A stretch of 36,129 bases of DNA from a virus. Taxonomy: Duplodnaviria > Caudoviricetes. Below, in pieces: positions 9,977-19,241 of the stretch (positions are counted from its first letter, which is position 1; every line of letters begins with the position of its first letter). The notes below the pieces were generated by a model, which had not been told where the DNA came from, searched no databases, and worked only from the letters and a program-made list of their open reading frames with translations. The stretch is from positions 1-36,129 of IMG/VR virus record IMGVR_UViG_3300027902_000021, one strand, 5' to 3'. A program made the position numbers and the translations under genes.

Positions 9977-10996
9977 CTAAATATTCTCATAATTCAAACC
10001 GCGTGTCTGACTGTTCGCCTTTCTCTTGACCCCGCACATCTCGGCCACCGTAACAACGGCTCCCACATAACCTAATTGCATTGCGGGGATGGTAGATTGG
10101 AACCCTGTAAATGCCATAGCTGCCTGCTCATGAATGTGCAGGGCAAGGTAGTTGCTGTTGATGAGGTACAGGTATCCTTCCGGGCAGTACGGATCGCCGT
10201 AAATCGGTACACCGGCAACCATCAAAGCCCTGAAGCCCGATTCCACGCCGCCGAGAGAGAACCCGGATTTTACGTCGTAACGCTCCTGCGAGAGATAATC
10301 TTCCGCAAGCCGCGTCCACGTACCGAAGCCCATGAGTCCGAACGTCGGAGCTTCACCGCAAGCCTTCACAAGCTGGTTGATGTACATGAGGAGCAAAGCT
10401 CTTGTGGGGTTGATCGTCGGGCTGTTGTTCGTGTACGAGGACTTCCAGAAGCCGTTACCTGCCGTCGCGCTGTTGATGTTCGCGTAAGTGCCGACGTTCG
10501 TACCGTCGTCGATATACGCCGGAAGGCCGATAAACGCCGAGGTGTTCGATGTGTTGGTATAGAGCGCGGTCGCCCATGCGTCCTTCGCAACGGCCTCCGC
10601 GTCATTCATCCTCGCTTCGATCAACGGAATGACATCGTGACCGAGCTGAACGATACCCTCCATTCCGAGGAACGGGACGGGGATAATTGAGAGTTTTAAA
10701 TCAAACTGCGCATTCTGCGCTCCCACGAGATTCGGGGGCTGCGAGAATGCGCCTGAGTAATCCGACCATTGATGGTTCACGTAGCTTGCGCCCTGTACCG
10801 GCTGGTTGATTGAATCAATACCGCCCGATGCAGTGTTCGCATTGGCTAAGAGTGAGGCCACCAATGGGCAGGACTTGTAAAGCTGTACTATCATTTTGGG
10901 TATGAAACCGCGCCGAGTGACCGCTGTCAGTTCAGTTTGGACTTGACCAGCGCCGGGAACGATACCACTGCCCAATGTGGTGACGTACGGTGCCAT
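9977..10996 (-). CDS. Major capsid protein
   Basis: 339 aa; strong AAGGAG RBS; biased codon use; downstream of the scaffold; GVPIYGDPYCPEGYLYLINSNYL motif typical of HK97-fold coat proteins. Confidence 0.85.
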   Translation of the reverse strand: MAPYVTTLGSGIVPGAGQVQTELTAVTRRGFIPKMIVQLYKSCPLVASLLANANTASGGIDSINQPVQGASYVNHQWSDYSGAFSQPPNLVGAQNAQFDLKLSIIPVPFLGMEGIVQLGHDVIPLIEARMNDAEAVAKDAWATALYTNTSNTSAFIGLPAYIDDGTNVGTYANINSATAGNGFWKSSYTNNSPTINPTRALLLMYINQLVKACGEAPTFGLMGFGTWTRLAEDYLSQERYDVKSGFSLGGVESGFRALMVAGVPIYGDPYCPEGYLYLINSNYLALHIHEQAAMAFTGFQSTIPAMQLGYVGAVVTVAEMCGVKRKANSQTRGLNYENI

Positions 10997-11015
10997 AATT
11001 AATTCTCCTTTCTGA

Positions 11016-11603
11016 TTAAGTTAAAAGTGTAAATGCCCCAGGGAACGTAATATCGTAGTACGCGGCATTCGGTACTACTGTGCCGTCGTTCAACGGCGTT
11101 GTGCCGCCTACGAAGTTTCCTGTCCCTGTCGGGTTGATTGTTAAGTATCCAAGCACACACGTTGTCGCTGCTGGCATGGGCATGACAATACCCGCCTGAG
11201 TCGTCGCCTGTGTGCCTGCCTGGAATACCGCCGTACCTGCCGCGTTGATCCCGAGCCATATCCCATTCCAATACGCATTCGTCACGTTGCAGGTTGTATC
11301 AAGCACCCAGAAGTTGTCTGTAGCGGCCTTCGTGTACGCAAACCCTCCAATGGTGTACTGAACGGTATTGGTAGTTTTGACTTTTGTGTTCGTGCCTGCT
11401 TGCGCTACAAGACCAACAGAAAAGTTCATTGCGTTCAGCGCCGTCATGATCGTATTAAGCAGAAATCCCAACTGAATAGACCATGTTGCCGGAGAGATTT
11501 CATTCACCCTGTTTACGTCTGCCAACGATTCAAAGGGAGGCTGAGAAAGCGTACTCAGCGAGGAAATTGAACCCGTCGGTAAAATAGGTCTAACGTATGC
11601 CAT
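11016..11603 (-). CDS. Minor head/structural protein sharing a ~110 aa domain with the nozzle
   Basis: 195 aa; AGGAGG RBS; TKAATDNFW and PTGTGNFVGGTTPLNDGTVVPNA motifs recur in 5640..7745. Confidence 0.65.
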   Translation of the reverse strand: MAYVRPILPTGSISSLSTLSQPPFESLADVNRVNEISPATWSIQLGFLLNTIMTALNAMNFSVGLVAQAGTNTKVKTTNTVQYTIGGFAYTKAATDNFWVLDTTCNVTNAYWNGIWLGINAAGTAVFQAGTQATTQAGIVMPMPAATTCVLGYLTINPTGTGNFVGGTTPLNDGTVVPNAAYYDITFPGAFTLLT

Positions 11604-11612
11604 AGAACCTCC

Positions 11613-12119
11613 TTATCTGCGGACTCCGTTAAGACGGTCAATTTCCGCGTGTGCCTCATTCCTCGCCCACCCTATCGGGTCTTTGAGTAAGGCTTCATCT
11701 GATGGCATCTTGACCTGTCGGAATCCTGCTTCGGCCACTGTCGGAGTTGCGAGCTTGTTGTTGTTCGCAATGAACTCTGCGGCTGTATCGTGATCGCCAA
11801 TTTTTTTGTCAACCATAAGCTGCTCGACTTTTTTCAATCCTTCATCGTCAAGTTTGTATTTTGACTTTATGGTTTCCCGATGTTCCTTAATTCCGGCGAT
11901 CACCTTGTCATGATCTCGCTCTTCCTTGAGTGCCTTTATTTGATCCTCTTGCTGTTTTACAACTGCCATCACCCGGTCTTCCGCATCGACCTCCGGTATC
12001 GGTAAATCCGGATCGACCTGCTTGATTAACTTGAGCTGGTCTTTCCGGGTCTTCGTGTTGCCCAATGTTTTCTTGAACAGTTTGAAAAGTTCGTCGTCCT
12101 TCTCTTCATCTGTCGCCAT
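11613..12119 (-). CDS. Putative capsid scaffolding protein
   Basis: 168 aa; highly charged, helical/coiled-coil; upstream of the capsid gene. Confidence 0.65.
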   Translation of the reverse strand: MATDEEKDDELFKLFKKTLGNTKTRKDQLKLIKQVDPDLPIPEVDAEDRVMAVVKQQEDQIKALKEERDHDKVIAGIKEHRETIKSKYKLDDEGLKKVEQLMVDKKIGDHDTAAEFIANNNKLATPTVAEAGFRQVKMPSDEALLKDPIGWARNEAHAEIDRLNGVRR

Positions 12120-12131
12120 GACACTTCTCCT

Positions 12132-12293
12132 TTACTTTGGCTTTCTGATTGCGAGAGCGTCCCGCTTTTTAATGTCGGCTGCGCCCCTCATCCCGGCGAT
12201 CTCCGGCTGCTCCGGGGGTTTGCCAGATACCTTTGAACTGTTGTTTCTCTTGAACCCTACTGAGTTCACTTTTGGAAAAAGAAACTCTGCCAT
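12132..12293 (-). CDS. Small basic hypothetical protein (53 aa, MAEFLFPKVN...AIRKPK)
   Basis: Manual translation; AAAGGAG RBS; fills the gap between neighbours. Confidence 0.65.
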   Translation of the reverse strand: MAEFLFPKVNSVGFKRNNSSKVSGKPPEQPEIAGMRGAADIKKRDALAIRKPK

Positions 12294-12311
12294 TGTGGTT
12301 CTCCTTTCTGG

Positions 12312-12575
12312 TTAGTCTTTCATTGCCTGTCCGAGTACGGCGCTGATAATCGCGCCGACAATCGGGTTGTTGCCCTTCGTGTCCTTCGGCTTTACCGTGT
12401 CGCGGGGAGTTGCGTTAAATCCCGGTATGTTGGAATCGCGGAGTTTCACGACGTACTGATGCTCAAGGGGCTGCACGTCGATCATCTCTGATTTTTGTAC
12501 CGCATCCCGACCGTATTGCTTCCGCGTCCCCATGTCGTAATCATCATGCCTGTTTCCGGGCTTCATTTTTTTCAT
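12312..12575 (-). CDS. Hypothetical protein
   Basis: 87 aa; AAGGAG RBS; operon context. Confidence 0.6.
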   Translation of the reverse strand: MKKMKPGNRHDDYDMGTRKQYGRDAVQKSEMIDVQPLEHQYVVKLRDSNIPGFNATPRDTVKPKDTKGNNPIVGAIISAVLGQAMKD

Positions 12576-12585
12576 GGCGCTCTCC

Positions 12586-13347
12586 TTACTTCAACCAACC
12601 GGCTATTTCGTATTCTGTCGTCGGACACGTAGACATACCAACCGACCATAGATAGAACAGGAAGCTGCTGCCCGGTGCCAATACTGCTGGCGCATAGTTG
12701 AAACCCTTCTGCGTGACGTTCGTTGTCCCGTCTGTCCCGTTCGATGATATGGACTCGCCTCCACCAAACGAAAAGACATACTGATCGTTTACCACCGGGG
12801 TCGCACCGCGTACCATGCTGCGACCTATCTGACGCGCTGCCGTCGCTGCCGTTGCCGTTGCCCCGTACCAAATGCGGAATGCGCCCGTAACATTCGGAAC
12901 GCCGGTAAATGGTGTAACGGTATTCGCACTGACTTCCGTACCGGCTGAAGAGTAGCGGTTTACGGTGTCGAGGATCGCTGCCGACTGATAGAATGGTGTT
13001 GACACACCAGCACCCGCCACCGTCACAATCAGTTTGATGTAGTCGATGTAAAGTATCCTCGTTGAGTCGATATTGACGATCAAGAGGGCCGGGGTTGTCG
13101 CCACCCATGCGGTCGCGGTGTCTCCAGTGAGCTTCACACCCGTTGAAATGGTTGGGTTCTGGTTCACCCAATACGAACCCTCTCTTGCGAGTAGATGGTT
13201 CTTGCCGTGGATGGGCTGAAAAATCTGAGCGCCGTATCCATCACAACGAGATGTAGACAGGGCGCTGTCAAGAGCACGCGGCTGAACCAGTAGCTCTTGC
13301 ACCTGGTAGACATCGATTTGTGAAGAATTTGCTGTGATTACTGCCAT
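12586..13347 (-). CDS. Putative virion structural protein
   Basis: 253 aa; T/A/G/V-rich beta composition; AAAGGAG RBS; within the head block. Confidence 0.6.
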   Translation of the reverse strand: MAVITANSSQIDVYQVQELLVQPRALDSALSTSRCDGYGAQIFQPIHGKNHLLAREGSYWVNQNPTISTGVKLTGDTATAWVATTPALLIVNIDSTRILYIDYIKLIVTVAGAGVSTPFYQSAAILDTVNRYSSAGTEVSANTVTPFTGVPNVTGAFRIWYGATATAATAARQIGRSMVRGATPVVNDQYVFSFGGGESISSNGTDGTTNVTQKGFNYAPAVLAPGSSFLFYLWSVGMSTCPTTEYEIAGWLK

Positions 13348-13365
13348 AAGTTTTCTCCTTTCTTC

Positions 13366-13728
13366 CTAAACTCCGGGCATTCCTCCCGGCTTTGGCTGTG
13401 CCAAACTTTGCTTATATTGATCCGGCAAACCCTGGGCTACGTTCAACAGTTCTGCCGGTACTAAATCCTCCGATTTTTGGTTCTTCCCGGAGAATACCTT
13501 CGTCAACCCCTGCAAGGCTTTCATGACCGCCTGACCTTCAGGCGTAGCCGCGCCTAATTGCGACAAGGTTGTTTCGAGCATCTTGACGGCGATATGCACA
13601 TTTGCTTTCGCCTGCTCGATGTCGCCCTTTGCCTGTTGGGGTTCACCGCTCGGAGTGGCTTGCGGCGGAGGGGCCGCGCCTGCTCCCGGCTGTGCTGACA
13701 TTCCCGGCATTGCTGCTGTTTCTGGCAT
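13366..13728 (-). CDS. Hypothetical Pro/Gln/Ala-rich protein of the head block
   Basis: 120 aa; AAAGGAG RBS; disordered ends with a helical core. Confidence 0.65.
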   Translation of the reverse strand: MPETAAMPGMSAQPGAGAAPPPQATPSGEPQQAKGDIEQAKANVHIAVKMLETTLSQLGAATPEGQAVMKALQGLTKVFSGKNQKSEDLVPAELLNVAQGLPDQYKQSLAQPKPGGMPGV

Positions 13729-13807
13729 GTCGGTTCTCCTTTCGATTGAGAGCAGGGGAGGGCTTATACCTCATACGAGTGGGATGCCTCCCCGCTCTAC
13801 TTTTTGC

Positions 13808-13852
13808 CTACCGCTTCTTGCTGCGTTTTGCCTTTCTTCCGCGCTTCGCCAT
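13808..13852 (-). CDS. 14-aa highly basic micro-ORF (MAKRGRKAKRSKKR)
   Basis: Preceded by AAAGGGGGTG SD-like sequence; 9 of 14 residues are K/R; flanked by hairpins. Confidence 0.55.
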   Translation of the reverse strand: MAKRGRKAKRSKKR

Positions 13853-13911
13853 ATCTCTTTCACCCCCTTTCGCAATGCGCACGAGCTTTGTTTTCTCACG
13901 CGCAATTCTTT

Positions 13912-13950
13912 AAAAATAAAAAGCCCACCGGGATTTCTCCCATGTAGGCT
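13912..13950 (-). terminator. Rho-independent terminator-like hairpin
   Basis: Minus strand AGCCTAC-AT-GGGA-GAAA-TCCC-G-GTGGGCT followed by TTTTATTTTT. Confidence 0.6.
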
Positions 13951-13969
13951 TGTGAACTCTTGCGTTTTG

Positions 13970-13996
13970 AGTTTTAAGCTAATATTAAGTTGTCAA
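13970..13996 (-). promoter_or_regulatory. Putative promoter upstream of head genes
   Basis: TTGACA (13996-13991) in an AT-rich intergenic gap; -10 element weak (AAAACT at 15 nt spacing). Confidence 0.35.
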
Positions 13997-14094
13997 AAAA
14001 CCGTTACTTCAAGACTTCCTGCAACTTCTTTTTAATTATTTCCAATGCTTTCAAAGCATCAACTACTTGTTGACGTTGCTTCTCTGTCATGTCT

Positions 14095-16347
14095 CTAATG
14101 TGTCAAAAGCCATTGCAATATTTTCAGTTCATCCGTCGTCATGGTTGCAATATTTTTGTTCATCATGAACATTTCCAATTTCCCGCCTGTGGTAAGTGCC
14201 GGACTGTATGATTGAGCAGACGGTTGTCCTGTCCATCCGGTCGGGCCGGGAACGAACTGTGCGGCTCCGATGTCAGGTACGCCAGGAACAGGATTGCCGA
14301 AGAAGTCTACGAATAAGCCGACACTCACACCGGCCTTGATCGCGGGAGAATTGCCTTTAAGATGAAAATCTCCTCCTGCTGCGTTGACGAAGAGAGGATC
14401 GGATTGGACTGAATAAGTTGTGCTGCCATAGGCAGCTTCCCAACTGGCGTAATCATTGTAGGTCGTAGAATGCCCCCAATGCAGGAAGGCTCCTGAAGCT
14501 ACTCCAAAATGATTATAGAGATAGATGTTCCCTGATCCATTGGGTCCGTCGTTCTCTCCACCGTACTCAGCCCAAAGTCCGTTTCCTCCAATACATCCTA
14601 TATTATTCTTGAGGATATTTCCGACACAGGTATTAGCAACACCGCCGTTCCCCCCAGATACATAGAAGTTTCGATAATCGTTGTTGTAAACCGTGTTATT
14701 ATAGATCAGATTTCCGGTCGAACTCATTCCGGCGGAATGAGAGTAGTCGGCAATGGCAAATCCATATGCTTGATGGTTGTCGTGGACAAGGTTATAATAT
14801 GCCTTCTGATAAGTCGTGTGTTCAAAATGAATACCACGATAACAATTATCATAGACATTGTTATAGGCAACTATGTTAGCGGTGCTATAGTTCGATGCTC
14901 CAGTTATGGTATCCAACCAGATTCCTACTCCTGTAACATAGCCGGATTCTGAACTGTAGGTATTATCTGGATACTTCCCGTTGGAATAGATAATATTATG
15001 TGTAATTGTGCAGTTGATGATTGAAGAATCATCACACCATAACCTAATCCCTCCTGTATATTGGTTCCCCCCACTTGTCAAAGGAACCTGAGAATTTCTA
15101 AACACTTGATTGCTGTCAATCGCCCAATGATGTGAAGCCTTGTTCAGCGCAATCCCACTGCCACCATTCCACGATATTGTATTATTCAGGATCGTAGCGT
15201 TCTGGACGACTGCCGTCACAGATAGTGTGTATATACCATCATTATAAGCATATTTGATTGTATTCCCATTTAGGACTGGAGTATTGGCTGATGCTCCAAA
15301 ATAGACACCTCTCGCATTGGCGTTTTGGAGAGTAAAGCCAGATACGGTTATGTAGTTCTTGCCATTCCAGTCAATATTGTAATTTCTTACTTTTGCTGTG
15401 ATGATATAGCTCGCCCCCTGCGGAGTGCCTGAATCATCTCGATAGGAAAGCGTTGTTCCTGTAGCAAACCATTCATGATTGTTGAGTGCCGCCTTGGATG
15501 CTCCTTTGGTTGCCAGAACCCCATCCCTTAACACTTGATTTGGAGTTGACGCTACGGTTGAATTATAGACATTTGCAACGCCACTTCCAAGAACTTCTAC
15601 TTCAAGGATTTCTGATCTATTTGAAATAGGGCCAGTAACACCTGCATCGTCAATAGATTGCGAATAATCTACAGCAGTATTATCATAATAAATGCTACAT
15701 CCGGATGCTCCAGATGCTATATAACGATATGATCCTGAACTAACGTAAAATGTCACAAGATATCGAATTGTTTTGTCAAATGTAAAGTTTACTGCGTCAC
15801 TAACAAGTGAAGTTCCTGCCGTGATAGTCGTACCATTCGAGCCTCCTGCCCACGTTATTCTTGTCGGGGCCGAATCATACGCATGACCACTCGTAGATAC
15901 CCCTATTGAAGTTCCGACAACGACTAAATCCGATGTGATTGCCTTCATGGTTATTCTAACCTGAGTACCAGAATTAGATGACGTATTAGCTGCAATAGCA
16001 GTTCTAATGTTATATGGGCCTGAATTTGTTGAATCATCTGTCCAATTTATGGCCGGTTGCCATGAAGAATCTGCTGTCCATGTCGCAGCAATATCTGCTC
16101 CATCAATTATCGGATTCGCCCCACTTCCATACGCCCCGAAAGTAATTGGAAGTCCTGCACTTCCTGAACTCGGTACGGTTTCCGTTTCTCTCCAAGTTTC
16201 CCCACACTTGCAAAGCATCGAATCGCCAGCAGATAAGGTTTTCCCCGACGTTGAATCCGTCATCCCCACAGCATACTTCAACGGCGCGCCTATCGTTCCG
16301 GCGTTGCCTTCGTTGCCTAATGTAAAATCAGCGTACAGTTGTGCCAT
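14095..16347 (-). CDS. Right-handed parallel beta-helix (pectate-lyase-like) protein, putative depolymerase/receptor-binding protein
   Basis: 750 aa; Asn-ladder repeats (LNNTISWNGGSGI, IYNNTVYNN); C-terminal DPLFVNAAGGDFHL...SPAI...PDIGA motif. Confidence 0.8.
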   Translation of the reverse strand: MAQLYADFTLGNEGNAGTIGAPLKYAVGMTDSTSGKTLSAGDSMLCKCGETWRETETVPSSGSAGLPITFGAYGSGANPIIDGADIAATWTADSSWQPAINWTDDSTNSGPYNIRTAIAANTSSNSGTQVRITMKAITSDLVVVGTSIGVSTSGHAYDSAPTRITWAGGSNGTTITAGTSLVSDAVNFTFDKTIRYLVTFYVSSGSYRYIASGASGCSIYYDNTAVDYSQSIDDAGVTGPISNRSEILEVEVLGSGVANVYNSTVASTPNQVLRDGVLATKGASKAALNNHEWFATGTTLSYRDDSGTPQGASYIITAKVRNYNIDWNGKNYITVSGFTLQNANARGVYFGASANTPVLNGNTIKYAYNDGIYTLSVTAVVQNATILNNTISWNGGSGIALNKASHHWAIDSNQVFRNSQVPLTSGGNQYTGGIRLWCDDSSIINCTITHNIIYSNGKYPDNTYSSESGYVTGVGIWLDTITGASNYSTANIVAYNNVYDNCYRGIHFEHTTYQKAYYNLVHDNHQAYGFAIADYSHSAGMSSTGNLIYNNTVYNNDYRNFYVSGGNGGVANTCVGNILKNNIGCIGGNGLWAEYGGENDGPNGSGNIYLYNHFGVASGAFLHWGHSTTYNDYASWEAAYGSTTYSVQSDPLFVNAAGGDFHLKGNSPAIKAGVSVGLFVDFFGNPVPGVPDIGAAQFVPGPTGWTGQPSAQSYSPALTTGGKLEMFMMNKNIATMTTDELKILQWLLTH

Positions 16348-16609
16348 CTGCCTTCGCCTTTAGTTCGTCGTATTTGTCGTTTACTTCCTGACGAGTAATA
16401 AATCCTTTATCAATTAAAATTTCTTTATGAATAATCGACTCTCTCAGAGAGCCTTCAATCATGTCGATTCGATCCGCAAATATTTTATCGACCTGCTTTT
16501 TAACAAGTTCGTACATCTCATTCCGCAGGCCGAGTATTTCTTGGCTGAGTGCAATGTTCCTCTTCAACATCAAATTAAAGGCCATGTTAATATCGTTTTC
16601 GTTCGCCAT
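16328..16609 (-). CDS. Hypothetical coiled-coil protein
   Basis: 93 aa; translationally coupled to the portal gene (TAATG). Confidence 0.6.
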   Translation of the reverse strand: MANENDINMAFNLMLKRNIALSQEILGLRNEMYELVKKQVDKIFADRIDMIEGSLRESIIHKEILIDKGFITRQEVNDKYDELKAKADGTTVR

Positions 16610-18294
16610 TATTTCTTCTCGAACATATTTTTCAACTTTTCCAAAACCTGTAAATCATTCGTTCCGTTCGCGCTCTCTAAGGTGTTCTTGATAGCGGAGA
16701 GCATGTCGTTCATTGCCTCGCGCTTCTTGAGTTTCACTTTCATGTACGCCGCGTTCTGGAATTTGAATGCGTCTATCAAATCTTCCTTGTCGATAGCCCC
16801 GGCCTTGAATGCGTCATTCGCTTTCTGTAATTGCTGGTCAATAAATATCGGGCTTGAGCTGTGAGAGTCCACTTTGACGGATGAACGCGAGGAAAGTTCT
16901 TTTGCTATGAACGTAAGACCGTCATCGGTCTTGTAATGCGTGTCATCGTATTTCCGCATGAATGCGAGGATGAGACTGCCGACTTTCTCAACCGCATCTT
17001 CGAGGATTGCGGCTTTCTTCTTGACGCGGGATGATCCCACCCGGACAAGCAGGTCGGCGTGAGAAGTCGCCCGGACTCCCGGAGCGCCCTTGCCCTGCAT
17101 GAGTTCACGTATGCCGCTGACTTCATCGAAGAGCTGCTCGATCATCTGAAGTTCTTTGAACAGGTCTGTGGGAGGCGCGGGAGCAAAAGAGGTAATGCTT
17201 CCTGCCGGGACATCCGTTGCCACCCTGTCGCCGGGAAGCTGAAGCCATTTCTCCTCGACAACTCCCGACATTCCTATCCCCGCCATCGGAGGGTCGGCAA
17301 TCTTCGCAAGGACTTTCCTGATTTCCTGTATCCTCACGTTGACCCACTCCTGAAGCGGTATCAGGAACATCAACTCAGTCCGTCCCCAAAAGTACGTGTT
17401 CATCATGTTCGGGGTGATTTTTATGTACGGATGCTCGTTCGGGACAAACGTGTTCCCCTGTGCATCGTAGAAAAGGGCTTTCCCCTCGATCATGGTTGCC
17501 ATGCGATAGTCTTTCAGGTCGTCATCCCATACCGTAACTTCCTGACAGACGCAGCACGGCTCCTGAATTTTCGGCGAGAAGTCATACTGCGCGGTGATAT
17601 TCGCGGCAAGCTGCCCAGTGATGTTCGGTGATGTTGCGGTCACAATAAGTTTTGCGAGAGGCATTGGAATCGAATCAGCGCCCGTGGAGATTTCCTGAAA
17701 TGAGGAACCAACAGCAGTTTTTAATCTGATCTGTTCTTCTTCTCCAAAGGCGGAGATTCGACGTTGAAACTCAGATTCACCCATGTAATACTCGTGTACC
17801 ATTGCCTCTTGATTATCGAGCATCGGTATATCTTCCCGAAGCACGCCGAAGTTATGCGGCTCGACAAGGTAGATGCCGAACTTCCCGTGTCCCATCGGAA
17901 CCATCTTCAAAAGCATGGTTGAATAGACCAGCGCCCAATTCAAGGCTTCGTTGAAAAGAATGTCGGTATTCGAGTCATGCCAATTCTGATTCAATGCGGG
18001 TAAGAGTTTCTGAGCTTTCTTCTGCTCAATGATGGGGTCTTGATTGTCGGAGTCTTCCGAGGTTTCAATTACGAATGTCGTTGTCTCGCCGGAAAAGAGA
18101 AATGAGGAAAGCAAATCAATGTGCGGGAATAGTTTGTTGTAGTCCGCGCTCTGTTGAATGTTTCCGTTGCCGTAGAGATAATAATTTTTCAGGATAGAAT
18201 AGAGGGATTTGCGGTCTTCACGGGAAGCGAAGGCATTTATGATTATTTCTTTGTAGAGTTCTTCGCGTTCATCATGGCTTGCCGGTATCTTCAC
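16609..18294 (-). CDS. Portal protein
   Basis: 561 aa; size, position between terminase and head genes, and motifs (FWGRTELMFLIPLQ, FDEVSGIRELMQGKG..GVR) fit P22-like portals. Confidence 0.85.
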   Translation of the reverse strand: MKIPASHDEREELYKEIIINAFASREDRKSLYSILKNYYLYGNGNIQQSADYNKLFPHIDLLSSFLFSGETTTFVIETSEDSDNQDPIIEQKKAQKLLPALNQNWHDSNTDILFNEALNWALVYSTMLLKMVPMGHGKFGIYLVEPHNFGVLREDIPMLDNQEAMVHEYYMGESEFQRRISAFGEEEQIRLKTAVGSSFQEISTGADSIPMPLAKLIVTATSPNITGQLAANITAQYDFSPKIQEPCCVCQEVTVWDDDLKDYRMATMIEGKALFYDAQGNTFVPNEHPYIKITPNMMNTYFWGRTELMFLIPLQEWVNVRIQEIRKVLAKIADPPMAGIGMSGVVEEKWLQLPGDRVATDVPAGSITSFAPAPPTDLFKELQMIEQLFDEVSGIRELMQGKGAPGVRATSHADLLVRVGSSRVKKKAAILEDAVEKVGSLILAFMRKYDDTHYKTDDGLTFIAKELSSRSSVKVDSHSSSPIFIDQQLQKANDAFKAGAIDKEDLIDAFKFQNAAYMKVKLKKREAMNDMLSAIKNTLESANGTNDLQVLEKLKNMFEKK

Positions 18295-18683
18295 GCCGCT
18301 CCCTTGATGTCACGCTGGTCGTAAATCTTCGTGACACCGCCGATCTTACGAAGTGCTTTGCGCGTTTCTTCAACATTGATTCCACCTGCCACAGCAGGAT
18401 TCGCTTTTAGTTGTGCCGCAAATTCCTTTTTATCGCCCCATACTTTTGAGTAATCAGGCGTGTGCTTCGTGTTGATGTTATTTGAATAGTCGGTGAGTCC
18501 CGCGCCCTCAACGAGTCCGCGAATATTGCCGTCCTTAAACTTCGTCGCCTCGCCTTTCACTCCGAAGGCTGTGCGAAATTCGCGTTTCAAATTCGGTTCT
18601 GTACTACCGCAACGGGGGCAAACAGGAAGGGTATTCTCGACAGGACCGCAGGAGAGGCAAAGATACTCTTTTAAAACAGGCAT
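18291..18683 (-). CDS. Zinc-ribbon protein (FmdB-like N-terminus)
   Basis: MPVLKEYLCLSCG...CPRCGS; start chosen at ATG 18683 with GGAG RBS. Confidence 0.65.
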   Translation of the reverse strand: MPVLKEYLCLSCGPVENTLPVCPRCGSTEPNLKREFRTAFGVKGEATKFKDGNIRGLVEGAGLTDYSNNINTKHTPDYSKVWGDKKEFAAQLKANPAVAGGINVEETRKALRKIGGVTKIYDQRDIKGAA

Positions 18684-18731
18684 TAATGTCTCCGTCAAAT
18701 AATTGCCATAAACCAAAAAAATGGCACAATA

Positions 18732-18767
18732 TGTCAAAGAAGTATCACGCCCCTAAATTCGTGTCAA
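18732..18767 (-). promoter_or_regulatory. Putative promoter upstream of portal block
   Basis: Two TTGACA hexamers 30 nt apart; the first is followed after 15 nt by GATACT. Confidence 0.4.
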
Positions 18768-18786
18768 GAAAATAAAAGTTTGTATA

Positions 18787-19038
18787 TCAGGCTTTTGACT
18801 TTTGGCGGAAGGGTGTTACGTTGCGTTTTTCATCTGGATAATCTCGGGGTAGGATTGAGAGGCGTTTAATCCCTTTGTCGAGCCGGTCTGCGCTGAGATA
18901 AATAAGCGTTTCTCCGTGGGCCTCGGCAAGATGCTCAAATAAATCCATCATGCCTATGAACTTGCGCCGACATTGCCCAACGGTGCATTGCCAATGAAAG
19001 TATGCCACTTCATACCGAAGTTTTTTTGCTATCAGCAT
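18787..19038 (-). CDS. Small C2H2-type zinc-finger protein
   Basis: CTVGQC...HLAEAH motif. Confidence 0.6.
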   Translation of the reverse strand: MLIAKKLRYEVAYFHWQCTVGQCRRKFIGMMDLFEHLAEAHGETLIYLSADRLDKGIKRLSILPRDYPDEKRNVTPFRQKSKA

Positions 19039-19040
19039 CT

Positions 19041-19241
19041 TTATCCTTCAGGATACTGCGTCTGTTTTCTATTCGCTTCTGATATTTCCTTTTCAACGGT
19101 TCTTCTATCTTCATCCGACAGCCGGTGCAGGAGATCGTTGACGCATTTGTTGAAGTGCTTCGTCGCCTTCGTCACATCGACTTGATAGTTGTGCTGATAG
19201 TCCTTCAGCGTCTTTTTGAATTGGTCAATAGTTAGGGACAT
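19041..19241 (-). CDS. Hypothetical protein
   Basis: 66 aa; operon packing; GAGG RBS. Confidence 0.6.
   Translation of the reverse strand: MSLTIDQFKKTLKDYQHNYQVDVTKATKHFNKCVNDLLHRLSDEDRRTVEKEISEANRKQTQYPEG

Noticed and set aside
12572-13171. 199-aa same-strand alternative-frame ORF inside 12586..13347
   Set aside because: No RBS or recognisable motif, and the R/C/G-rich composition is typical of a shadow frame, unlike the nested HNH
14031-14090. 19-aa ORF after the beta-helix gene, considered as stop read-through or recoding
   Set aside because: It is not in frame with the upstream TAG and has no clear RBS; long genes elsewhere are intact under the standard code, so there is no sign of stop reassignment
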